Shown: positions 28,688-38,060, counted from the first letter of the stretch. The stretch: DNA of 53,177 nt from an uncultured Porphyromonadaceae bacterium (GCA_900549445.1 UROS01000001.1:1-53177), one strand, 5' to 3'. The notes: generated by a model not told the origin, from the letters alone. Made by a program: numbers and translations.

Positions 28688-29110
28688 ATGACTTATAAAC
28701 AAAATTTGATAACTCTATATCATTCTCAAGGCATTGCAACTTCTGATATAGCAAAAAAAGTTAATTGTACCGTCAGATACGTCAACCAAATCATAAACGT
28801 CATAAAGTCCAATGAGAACAAATTAAATATCCCCAATTATTTTCTGGCGAAATCACATGGATTAAAGACTCAAAAACAATTGGCAGATTGGTTCCATGTC
28901 ACAACCCGCACAATCCGAAACTTTGAAAATAAAAACGACATCAAGAATCTCGAGCGTCTATATCATGAACTTATATTTGGCAACTATTTTGCACAGCTTA
29001 AAAATGAACTTCACCAAATTTCGGATCTTCTTAATATCTGCGCGCCGGACTCAAAGCATCTGTTAATGGTTAAACAGATGCTGGAAGTACTCGAATTTGC
29101 GACAAAATGA
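28688..29110 (+). CDS. Double-HTH DNA-binding protein (140 aa)
   Basis: Two HTH-like segments, LYHSQGIATSDIAKKVNCTVRYVNQI and TQKQLADWFHVTTRTIRNF; AT-rich gene. Confidence 0.72.
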   Translation: MTYKQNLITLYHSQGIATSDIAKKVNCTVRYVNQIINVIKSNENKLNIPNYFLAKSHGLKTQKQLADWFHVTTRTIRNFENKNDIKNLERLYHELIFGNYFAQLKNELHQISDLLNICAPDSKHLLMVKQMLEVLEFATK

Positions 29111-29138
29111 CCAATCCTGTCTATCTAATGTCTACTTA

Positions 29139-29586
29139 TTTCCGCTTTTAACATAAAACGAAACGTGCATAAATTATAAGCATCTGAATAATATGTAATT
29201 ATAATTGTGCATGCATTTGTGGTTAACATTTTTTATTTCCGCTTTTCAAATTTCGGGAGAAATTTTAACACTTCCCGTTTTTCCGCTTTTTCAAAACGTT
29301 AGAATGCGTTATAATCCATTTTGACCAATCTACGCCTTTACGCAATATCGACATAACACAACAAATATAATCGCACCATTTTAAGGCGTCATGTAAAGTA
29401 AATGCAAACTTGTCAACACGTTATATTAACTTGCGTGTAAACTTTTAACGCCCAGATGTAAACCAAATGTAAAGCAATGTAAACTTTTTGGGGTAAACCT
29501 TTATCGACTTTTAGACCAATCAAAACGCCAAAATTCAGTAGTTTAGACTTTCCGCATGCGTTGCACGCTTCGTTTTGTGCCCTATA
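29139..29586. repeat. Right-end repeat array of the element
   Basis: TTTCCGCTTTT at 29139, 29236 and 29280; AAAACGAAACGTGC at 29155; TGTAAA at 29392, 29436, 29457, 29468 and 29478; inverted GCACGCTTCGTTTTG at 29563. Confidence 0.8.
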
Positions 29587-29668
29587 GATGTTTAGTAAAC
29601 TATAATCCAGTAGAGCAGCGACAGTTTATTGGTAGTCAATGCGTGGAAAACGGTTTCTGTGCCATATT

Positions 29669-30418
29669 TTACAGGAAACGGTGGTGTTTGAGGTAGAAGT
29701 AGAGGAGGGCGGATGTATGGCGACGGCCGGCGGCCGATAAGATATTACCGGTGGTTTTGCGCTGCCAGTCGTGTACAATAGTGAATTGCGGACAGTATAC
29801 AACCCGTTTCCCTACATTCCGGACGGCCATGCAGAAGTCGGCGTCCTCCGGACCGTAGAAAATCTTTTCATCGAGCGGACCGGCTGCGGCGTAGACCCCG
29901 CGCGGAAACATCTGTGCGGCGCCAATCACGTAGAACGGCTCGATTTCCCTGTCAGGAACCTCGGTTGTCACCGAGGTGCGGTTTTTCCCGAGAATAACGT
30001 TGCGGATTTTCTGCAACAGACCGGGGAACGGGCGGAAACTGCTTTGGGTTTCACCACCGGGACTTACGAGACGCGGGGCGACGAGCCCCACGTCGGGATG
30101 GCTCTCAAGATACCTGGCGAGGCCGAGAATCGTATCGCGGTCAGCTATTGTGTCGTTGTCGAGAATCATCAGGTACTTTCCCGAGCAGATCTGCAGGCCG
30201 GAGTTGCGTCCGGCGGCGACGCCGCGGTTGGTATCGAGACGGATTGGGCGTACTTCGGGAAACAGGCGGCTTACATCTTCGGCAGTACCGTCGGTCGAAC
30301 CGTTGTCCACGAGAATCACCTCGCACTCAGGATCTGAAATGAGTTCACAGATTGAGCGCAGACAGCGGAGCGTAACCTCTTTCTGATTGCAGGTGAGGAT
30401 GACGACGGACAGGAGCAT
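29669..30418 (-). CDS. Glycosyltransferase family 2
   Basis: LSVVIL, VILVDNGSTDGT, NRGVAAGRN, LDND, FYGPEDADFC; start overlaps the radical SAM stop (TGATG). Confidence 0.93.
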   Translation of the reverse strand: MLLSVVILTCNQKEVTLRCLRSICELISDPECEVILVDNGSTDGTAEDVSRLFPEVRPIRLDTNRGVAAGRNSGLQICSGKYLMILDNDTIADRDTILGLARYLESHPDVGLVAPRLVSPGGETQSSFRPFPGLLQKIRNVILGKNRTSVTTEVPDREIEPFYVIGAAQMFPRGVYAAAGPLDEKIFYGPEDADFCMAVRNVGKRVVYCPQFTIVHDWQRKTTGNILSAAGRRHTSALLYFYLKHHRFL

Positions 30419-31860
30419 CAGCCGAAAAGTTTGAGTTTCAGCGCCTTCAGCGCCGGAATCAATTCCGAAGGCGAACGGAACCGCCGCAATTGTTTTCTGA
30501 TGAACCGCCACGAAAGAAAGAAGCTGAGATTGTTGCGATACAGCAGCCGTTCCATTTCTTCAGCCGACAGCGACGGGAGGTTTAGGATAGATTCGCGCTG
30601 AACGTCTGTCGGGACATATTCGTTGTTCTTAAGCCATCCGTTTTTTTTGCATATCTCGTAATATTCCGTGCCCGGGAAAGGTGATACTATATTGAACATC
30701 ACCTGATCCACATCGAGCTTTTTGGCTTCGCGGAGGGTATGGAGTACCGTTTCACGGGTCTCGAGCGGACTGCATCCGATGAGCACGTTGAGTTTCACGG
30801 GCACGTCATACTTCTTCAGTAGACTGATGGCGCGGTAAATGTCGGCGGAGGTGATTCCCTTGCGTATGTATTTGAGAATGTCGTCGTTAAAAGATTCCAC
30901 GCCGAGGTCAACGTAGCGGCATCCGCTTTCGCCGAGCATCCGTGCGATCGGCTCGGTGATGGCATCGACCCTCGCCTGGCATCCCCACACTATTCCGTGG
31001 CGCTTCATGATTTCGCAGATTCCGGAGGTGCGTTCCTCGTTCCAGATGAAATTGTCGTCCATGAAGCCGATGGCCTTCACCCCTTGGCCGGCAAGCATTT
31101 CCACCTCACGGGCAACGTTTTCCACTGAGCGGAAGCCTATAGTCGGCTTGCGTCCGTGTTCCCGGCGGAATTCCATCTCGCGCGCGAACGTAAGGGACGA
31201 GGGCACACAGTATATGCAGTGATACGGGCAATTGCGCGACGTGATCATCGTCGTGTAGGGCGACTGCTTTAGCTTGGCGTTATGGTAAACAGCGTCGCCC
31301 AGCAGGTGGCGTGCCGCGAAGGGGAGACTGTCGAGATCGGCAATGAGAGGACGCGGGCGGTTATTGACCGTTTTCCCCTCTTCGTTCATATAGGAAAGAC
31401 CTTGAATATCATCAACCGGTTTATGGTCGCGGAGAGCTTCAACGAGTTCCCGGGCCGTATATTCAGGCTCGCCACGGACTATGTAGACATTCCGGTCCAC
31501 AAGCATTTTAGTGGTGAAGTTCGTCGGTCCGGGCCCCATCAGAATGACAGGTACATCTCCACGCTGACTGCGTATTGTGGCTATTGCCTGCTGGTCAGTG
31601 GCAATGGAAAGATTGACTGACCAGATTAGGTAGACCTCTGAATCGTCCTTGGCGAGAAACCGCCGGAATTTCTCATCGTCGGTGGTATGATAGACAAAAT
31701 CCTTGTATGCGACCTCGATGTCAGGAATCTGTTCGAGCACGGCGGCAACCTGAAGCTCGTAGATGTTGGGCATAAGGTAAACCACTCTCGTGCAACCGGC
31801 TGACCTCTCGGGCGCTTGCTTATGGTCGAAACAAGGAGGGACTATGAAAGTTAATTTCAT
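30418..31860 (-). CDS. Cobalamin-binding radical SAM protein
   Basis: N-terminal B12-binding-like domain (VILMGPGPT, VRGEPE); SRNCPYHCIYC; FMDDNF; LGVES; SPFPGT; start moved to MKLTFIVPP. Confidence 0.9.
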   Translation of the reverse strand: MKLTFIVPPCFDHKQAPERSAGCTRVVYLMPNIYELQVAAVLEQIPDIEVAYKDFVYHTTDDEKFRRFLAKDDSEVYLIWSVNLSIATDQQAIATIRSQRGDVPVILMGPGPTNFTTKMLVDRNVYIVRGEPEYTARELVEALRDHKPVDDIQGLSYMNEEGKTVNNRPRPLIADLDSLPFAARHLLGDAVYHNAKLKQSPYTTMITSRNCPYHCIYCVPSSLTFAREMEFRREHGRKPTIGFRSVENVAREVEMLAGQGVKAIGFMDDNFIWNEERTSGICEIMKRHGIVWGCQARVDAITEPIARMLGESGCRYVDLGVESFNDDILKYIRKGITSADIYRAISLLKKYDVPVKLNVLIGCSPLETRETVLHTLREAKKLDVDQVMFNIVSPFPGTEYYEICKKNGWLKNNEYVPTDVQRESILNLPSLSAEEMERLLYRNNLSFFLSWRFIRKQLRRFRSPSELIPALKALKLKLFG

Positions 31861-31949
31861 CGCTAATGTCAGGTAATACGTATTATTATAACGCCATTTG
31901 CTGCCGCCATATTGCCACACAGAGAAATAGTTTTGCGGCGCAACTGAAA

Positions 31950-34900
31950 TTAGCTATCTGTCTTCTGGGGGTGGATGGTGAGAAGAATTAGTGTCGTCGG
32001 GTCGGCGACAGGCAGACGGACGGGGAGCATAGGGAAGAGGGGAGCGATTGCGGCTGCCCAGCTGTTTTCCCGTTCGCGGGGTACGTTGCAGATTATTATG
32101 TGTATTGCCGATGTGGCATACATTGCCTTGTTGCGATACGATGGCTGTCCGACATTGATGAGCGCCGAGATTTCATCCTGAAGGCTGACGGGATTCAGAT
32201 AGGGATAGGCATCGCCAAGAAGGAATGTGGCGATATTGAAATCCGCCATAAACGATTCTATGACCGAAGTGACTGTGTTGCGCAGTTCCTGATGCGACTT
32301 TTCAAGGCTTTCGGGATCAATCTGATAACTTTCAAACAGTTTTATGAGGTCGACTTCCCTGACGATAGCCTTTTTGTTCTGCTCGAAGAAGCCCTGCAGG
32401 AGCGGAGAAGCATCGAGTACTCTGAACATCTGCCCTTCCGGTACTTCGGGAGCGCCGATCTGGCGTGAGTACATTTCCTGCCAGGCGCGGAGAGTGCTGT
32501 TGTAGCTCACGAGACGATCGTATACGTTGCTGATTTCCAGCGAGAGGTTGCGGAAGCGGTGAATCCACATGCCGGCGACATGGAACCGGATCTGCATTTC
32601 AAAAAGTTCCTGTTCCTGATGGTGAACGAAGACGGCAATCCTGTCGAGTTCTTCCTGAAGTTCGCGGCGTCTGATTCTGATCCACCACTTGTAACCCAGA
32701 ACCGTAAACAGGCAGATACCGCCGGAAATCAAAAAAGATACGAAAGAGGTGTAATTCCTGATATAATACCAAGTTAAGCCGCAGACTGAGACAATGACAG
32801 CCAGAGCAACAATTATGCAGCGCAGAATGTGTCTGAATGACCCGAGCCTTTCTACGAACGTGTCCTCGAGTTTGCGTTTCTTTTCGTTGAGGTCATTAAT
32901 TCGTTTGATCTGATCCTCTTCCGCTGCGGCGCGGATTTCATTCTGCACCTTCGGTATGGTGAGCTGCATCATCAGCCGCTGGTAATACTTGTAGTATTCG
33001 GCGTAGAGCTTCTGGCTGTTCCTGAGGTCGATCCTGACTTTGACGATAGCGTTTCGGATGGCGGCCATGCGGATTTCCGATTCGGTTGCCGCGAAATTTG
33101 CTATTACGGCGGGAATATCGGCTTTCACACCTTCCGCACTGTCGCTTATTTCAGTGATTATGCAGGCGAAATCCATATAGTCGGGATCGTCGATATATGC
33201 GGTCGGGATGTAGCAATAACCATCTTCGCCGAATTCCGGACCCCACGAATTGCGGACAATGTAGAAATTATTTTCCTCTGAATATCCTACCGCCACCATG
33301 GCGTGCCATCCTTCTTCCTTGGCATCGGGAGCGTCGTCGGGATGGAGAATGAATGCTCCGTCCTTTCCAAGATTGTCGTAGACTTTCAGGGAGATGCCTA
33401 CGGGATAACCTTCTGACAAGGCGCTTGTGATCAGTATGTGGTTGCGCCGGAGGGTGTCGGCCTTGTCGGGGGTGTTGACCAGGGGGATTTGTTCCGCTGA
33501 GATCACGCGATGACTTTTGGCATCCTCTTCCGCCTGTTCCGACGGCCGGGTATCAATGGCGTCGGTATCGTAAACATACAGATCCTCGCGGCAGACGCCG
33601 TGACTGCCGAGAACTTCGAGCTGTTCATAAAAATTGCTGCCCCCTGAGGGGCGCCCTTTGAGCACGTTGGAGTAATAATATAGGTAAGCCGGACTCATGT
33701 CGGACGATGCAGCTCCCCCTGCGCGGTTCATCATGGCCTCGTACATTGCCACGGCGGCGAACGAGGTGCAGGAACCAAGTTCAAACTGATTCTTCACCGG
33801 GGTGAAAAACTTGCGCAGATCTACCGACTGTTTGATTTTCAGGCCGGGTGGCGGAGTATATTGCCTGTCGAGCGGCTGCTCCTTGTATTCAACGTCTTTG
33901 AGCGCGCCTTCCGGCCTGTGCCACTTGCTTCTGATGTCTTCGGCGTCGTCGCGCAGTTTGGCCGACCTCTGCAGGCTCTCGAGTTCGTCCTGCTTGTCGC
34001 GGATGAATGCCGTGATGTTTATGATTTCCTGCTTGAGCCTCTTTATATCAGGGAGAGGATTGAGTGCCATGAAGTTTTCGGCGCTTTCCTCGTATTTGCC
34101 GGAGGATTCGTCCCATACATATTTATTCAGCGCCTTGAATTCTCCTCTCAGGGGCAGGACGCCGGGAGTACGGCAACTGCGGTTGAACGCCTCTACGTAG
34201 AGGTTGATCGGTTGCTCGCATGCGTCGTCGAGCAGTGCTCCCTCGTGCTCGTACTGCATGCCGCGGATATTCTCGTTGTCGCGCCCTAAGATCATGGCGA
34301 GCACTGCTTCTTTTTCGGGCAGCGAGAGATTGCCGCACTTCAGAAGCGACAGAATCTCATTTTTCAAGGCGTTTATTTCGTCGTCAAGAATGGGGGACGC
34401 CTGCGCCACCACGCGGCCCTTGTCGACCCCCTCTTCTTTATAGAGCGGTCTGACAGAATGTTCGAAAAGCGTAGGATAGCGCTCGGAAATGCCGGCGAGG
34501 AATGACTCGGCCTCGCGTGCGGCCTTCTGCGCGTCGACCTCCTTGTTGTTTATGCCTACGCTGTCGAGAGCCTCAAGAAAGCCACGGCCAAGAAGCTGGC
34601 GGGTAGCTGCCGCGCGGTTGAAAGAAAGCGAGCTGACTCCGATGGAAAGATTGTAGCCCGGGTGAGAAGTCAGCAAGGCAGGCGACATTATTTTATAATA
34701 ATCCTGCATCATGGCAACGTGGATCAGCGCGATATAATCCGACAGACTCCCGAGGGTAAATCCTATTGCGGCACCGTTTTCGGCATAATCGTCGATGATA
34801 GTGAACGACATGCAGAACGGTGCATTTTCACTCAGTGACTCAAGCAGCCGCATCGCGGCCGAAAAATCTCCGGTTGTGCCGGTGCTTTCAGTTTCCGCAC

Positions 34901-35243
34901 TGAAAATCCGTTTCACACCGTAGGCCAGGCCTATAATATGGAGAGTGAAATTATGCTCTAAAGCGCTGCAGGCATCGTAGAGTGTCTGAATCTGCGAAGC
35001 TGATGTACTCTCGAAAAGCGGAACAACGGCCACAATATGGAGTGTGGGGTCGGCCATCGACATGGAAACCAGACGGTTGAAGGCACCGTCGAGACTTTCT
35101 TTGCTCTCTGTTGCGCTGCATCCCGCGGTTGAGAGTGAATCGTGGCGCACGTCGGCTCCCCGGGCCGCGCATAATGCCTGCGCAACCCGAACCTGGGCGC
35201 GGGAGGTCGACGGAGATGTCCATACTGTTGCAAACGATGCCAT
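31950..35243 (-). CDS. 1097-aa protein: degenerate tubulin-like N-terminus, C1 papain-like cysteine protease, coiled coils and two TM helices
   Basis: Papain motifs VDLR..VKNQFELGSCTSFA, GWHAMVAVGY and RNSWG.EFGEDGY; TM pair near residues 810-855; segmental similarity to the adjacent tubulin-like protein. Confidence 0.82.
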   Translation of the reverse strand: MASFATVWTSPSTSRAQVRVAQALCAARGADVRHDSLSTAGCSATESKESLDGAFNRLVSMSMADPTLHIVAVVPLFESTSASQIQTLYDACSALEHNFTLHIIGLAYGVKRIFSAETESTGTTGDFSAAMRLLESLSENAPFCMSFTIIDDYAENGAAIGFTLGSLSDYIALIHVAMMQDYYKIMSPALLTSHPGYNLSIGVSSLSFNRAAATRQLLGRGFLEALDSVGINNKEVDAQKAAREAESFLAGISERYPTLFEHSVRPLYKEEGVDKGRVVAQASPILDDEINALKNEILSLLKCGNLSLPEKEAVLAMILGRDNENIRGMQYEHEGALLDDACEQPINLYVEAFNRSCRTPGVLPLRGEFKALNKYVWDESSGKYEESAENFMALNPLPDIKRLKQEIINITAFIRDKQDELESLQRSAKLRDDAEDIRSKWHRPEGALKDVEYKEQPLDRQYTPPPGLKIKQSVDLRKFFTPVKNQFELGSCTSFAAVAMYEAMMNRAGGAASSDMSPAYLYYYSNVLKGRPSGGSNFYEQLEVLGSHGVCREDLYVYDTDAIDTRPSEQAEEDAKSHRVISAEQIPLVNTPDKADTLRRNHILITSALSEGYPVGISLKVYDNLGKDGAFILHPDDAPDAKEEGWHAMVAVGYSEENNFYIVRNSWGPEFGEDGYCYIPTAYIDDPDYMDFACIITEISDSAEGVKADIPAVIANFAATESEIRMAAIRNAIVKVRIDLRNSQKLYAEYYKYYQRLMMQLTIPKVQNEIRAAAEEDQIKRINDLNEKKRKLEDTFVERLGSFRHILRCIIVALAVIVSVCGLTWYYIRNYTSFVSFLISGGICLFTVLGYKWWIRIRRRELQEELDRIAVFVHHQEQELFEMQIRFHVAGMWIHRFRNLSLEISNVYDRLVSYNSTLRAWQEMYSRQIGAPEVPEGQMFRVLDASPLLQGFFEQNKKAIVREVDLIKLFESYQIDPESLEKSHQELRNTVTSVIESFMADFNIATFLLGDAYPYLNPVSLQDEISALINVGQPSYRNKAMYATSAIHIIICNVPRERENSWAAAIAPLFPMLPVRLPVADPTTLILLTIHPQKTDS

Positions 35244-38033
35244 TTACTGAGCGATATTGTCGAGTATGTATTCGATTTCTTTTTCAATCAGCTCCATCTC
35301 GGCGGGATAATGCTCGATGTTATCAATGGAAATCGGGCATTTCGACACGGTCTGGAGATACGTGCCGTCCTGACAGGATCTGACAGCTTTTTCCGATAGC
35401 ATCCGGATCGGGTTTTCGGGCCCGGGCACATCCATATCGTGGATAGCCTGAGTGATTTCGCGGCCGAGCACGTCGATGTTGTCTTCGAGATAGCGGAAGG
35501 CGTCCTGACGGGTGGATCCCATGTCCACCAGCCAGCCTCTGAGGGCGCGGCCGCCCATTCCGCGGCTTTTTATCTGGTATTTGCCTGAAGCCGCATCATA
35601 TTTTATCAGGTCGAAGATGACGGCGTTGATCCATGTCTCCATAAGGTGCGACGCCGACACTTCATCTTTGGGCGAAAGGTTGAACCGTTCGTCGGCCATG
35701 CGCCGGCACAGGTTGGCATCCCAGTGGGAGCCGTTGTGCTTGTCGGTTTCCCAGCGTTCGTACTCAGTTTCATAGCTGTCGAGCGCCTTTACGGTAAATG
35801 CCGGAAGGACGCCAAGTTGGCGGTAGATGATTACACGGTTGTCGAGACCGATTTCGGAGAACTGTATGTCTTTTGCATCGGAAACGATGTTCTGAAACAG
35901 GTTGTCCTTTGTCAGGCGCGAGCGGTTTTTGTTGGCCACGCCAACGTAGTAGCACTCAACAGGACGTTCGCGCAAGTCGGCGTCGAATCCTCTGAGGGTA
36001 TACGGAAGAAGCGGAAGCGACTTCTTTACAGCTTTGCCTATGAGATGCCTGAGTTCGTCGGGAGAAAGCTGGTCGAGGGCATCGTCAACCGTCATGTCCT
36101 CGTATTGTCTTACCTTAGGAAGAGTGCGGATAAAGCGCATGAGAGTTTCCTCTGTCTGTTTTGAGGTGAGGCCGGCGAGAGAGGCTATGCCGCCGTCCGA
36201 CTGCATTTCTCTGGAGAAATCGTTGAACACGATATCGGCCATAGGGCACTCGATTTTGCCTGCGTAGTCGGCCGAAAGATCGAACTGGAAGAAGCTGCTT
36301 CCGGAATCGGCCCGGAGAATTTTCTGCACGTCGGTGGTGCTTTCGTTTCTTACTGTCTGGAGATTGCTTATGATAATGTCAACGCGGCCTATCGACTGGT
36401 TTACGCGCTCCTTCAGCCAACTGTAGAACTGACGTGCCATCTTGCGCCGTTCAACTTCGCGCTTCGCCCTTGCAAGTTTCATGGTCTGATCCACGACTTC
36501 CGCCTCGTAGTCCTTGCGGTTGATCTTGAAGAATGTGCGCATGCAGTCGGCGAGTTCCTTGCAGGCGGTTTTCAACGATGATTCATACCGCGGAAGATCC
36601 TCTTCCCAATGCTCTTTTTCATCTTTCATTTCGCCGTCGCAAAGCTCGATCTGATGCAGTATGGAGAGCAGGATCTGCTGGCACAGGTAGATGCCGCACT
36701 CTCGGTTTGCCTGCTCGTTAAGAAGGCGGGTGAGGGCGTCGTCCACCCGGTCTTTGAGTTCCGAGAGTCTTTCGTCGAGTTTAGTCTGCGGCTCCATGGC
36801 GCGGTTTGCCACGTAGTGCAGGCATTCGGGTTCGGGATTGTCGGGCTCGTCAATATCGCTGAAAACGTGCGGAGGCATCGCCGGCATGAAGTAGTCGATT
36901 ACATCGTCTTTGCCGAGGTTTTCGCGGATTTTTGTGTTGTCGAACCAGTTGTTGGCGATGGTGGCCGGGTCATCGCAGCCACCGTTGAGCATTTTGTTGA
37001 TTAGCTGACCTACAGCCTTGCGGGCGTAGATTTTCGCCAGACGGCTGCCATCGAAGATTATTTCGGCGCATCCGAAACCGGCTACCCAGGCTTTCTTGTT
37101 CTTTATGTCCATAGTGCCGTCGGCAATCAGTTTGCTGACGTTGTCGCTCACCGACGCGAGTGCTACTCCGAGTTCGCCTACCGAAGTGACGATGGCCAGA
37201 GCTATCATCTCGCAGAGCGGGTCGACATGGCTGAACATATCGTTGTCCTCATTGCAATTATCGACAAAATACAGGGCGTCGAAAGGCCGGTAGTTGACGC
37301 TGTCTGTCTCGCGTAGCCATTTTATATCCACGGGGGTGGAATCGGGGGTGAGGTGCGCAAGGTAATCGAGGTCAATAATGGCACCTTTGGCGTTGGGTCT
37401 CACGCGGGCCGACATGGCACCCGTCACCATATTGCGGAATACGTCGGAAAGAACGGCGTAGCCCGACAGTTTTACGGTCGGAAACAATCTTTTTATAAGA
37501 TATGCCGTGTTGAGGAAGGTACCGCTGCCGGTACCGCCTCCGAGCGAGAATACCATGTGGACTTCGGTTTCAGAACCGAGCAGGTCGTAGTCGGCGTTGT
37601 CTATGATCGCCGCATTGTTGATCTCGTTTATCTTATGGCTGATGAACCCTTTTACGTTGTTTTCGTTTACTGTAATGGCAAAACGGCCGTTGCTTCTCAT
37701 CTGTCCGGCGCCTATCGACAGGGCGGTAAGACCCTGAACGTTGCATTCGGGCATCCAGTCAAAGATTTTACTGGAGCGGTTGTTGGTATAGATGGCAGTG
37801 GGGGTGTCGACGGATATGCAGAGTTGCTCCGATTTGTTGAGCGTGATTTTCGTGCCGTCGTTCGCTATGACCGAGGCGTTCCCGAGTCCCGGTTTGTCGG
37901 TGTCAATGCCGATAAATCCGATCATGGGCGGTACCTGACCATAGTTCTCGTAGAACATTTTCTTTGCGTTGAGTATCGCCTTGATACCTGTACCTCCGAG
38001 ACCAAGCAAAAGGGTTCTTCTTAATTTTGCCAT
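35244..38033 (-). CDS. Tubulin/FtsZ-like GTPase (Tubulin_2 / FtsZl-type) with long helical C-terminus
   Basis: LLLGLGGTG, IDTD, GAGQMRSNGR and signature SLGGGTGSG; 929 aa; stop abuts the next ATG (TAAATG). Confidence 0.88.
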   Translation of the reverse strand: MAKLRRTLLLGLGGTGIKAILNAKKMFYENYGQVPPMIGFIGIDTDKPGLGNASVIANDGTKITLNKSEQLCISVDTPTAIYTNNRSSKIFDWMPECNVQGLTALSIGAGQMRSNGRFAITVNENNVKGFISHKINEINNAAIIDNADYDLLGSETEVHMVFSLGGGTGSGTFLNTAYLIKRLFPTVKLSGYAVLSDVFRNMVTGAMSARVRPNAKGAIIDLDYLAHLTPDSTPVDIKWLRETDSVNYRPFDALYFVDNCNEDNDMFSHVDPLCEMIALAIVTSVGELGVALASVSDNVSKLIADGTMDIKNKKAWVAGFGCAEIIFDGSRLAKIYARKAVGQLINKMLNGGCDDPATIANNWFDNTKIRENLGKDDVIDYFMPAMPPHVFSDIDEPDNPEPECLHYVANRAMEPQTKLDERLSELKDRVDDALTRLLNEQANRECGIYLCQQILLSILHQIELCDGEMKDEKEHWEEDLPRYESSLKTACKELADCMRTFFKINRKDYEAEVVDQTMKLARAKREVERRKMARQFYSWLKERVNQSIGRVDIIISNLQTVRNESTTDVQKILRADSGSSFFQFDLSADYAGKIECPMADIVFNDFSREMQSDGGIASLAGLTSKQTEETLMRFIRTLPKVRQYEDMTVDDALDQLSPDELRHLIGKAVKKSLPLLPYTLRGFDADLRERPVECYYVGVANKNRSRLTKDNLFQNIVSDAKDIQFSEIGLDNRVIIYRQLGVLPAFTVKALDSYETEYERWETDKHNGSHWDANLCRRMADERFNLSPKDEVSASHLMETWINAVIFDLIKYDAASGKYQIKSRGMGGRALRGWLVDMGSTRQDAFRYLEDNIDVLGREITQAIHDMDVPGPENPIRMLSEKAVRSCQDGTYLQTVSKCPISIDNIEHYPAEMELIEKEIEYILDNIAQ

Positions 38034-38060
38034 ATTGTATTGTTGTGTTGATTGTTTTCG

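Larger units (their letters stand above)
25183..29586. mobile_element. 4404-bp non-autonomous transposable phage-satellite-like element carrying capsid genes
   Basis: Left end TATAATCCACAAATTGAGATGTGC versus right end (reverse complement) TATAGGGCACAAAACGAAGCGTGC, 16/24 identical; flanked by GATG at 25179-25182 and 29587-29590; repeated subterminal motifs; encodes protease and capsid but no recombinase. Confidence 0.72.

Noticed and set aside
29601..29609. TATAATCCA also present at 25183-25191, a possible 9-bp target duplication or att core
   Set aside because: These boundaries give no terminal inverted repeats and break the symmetric placement of motif A. The TATA/GATG model fits better, but an empty-site comparison is needed to exclude this alternative.
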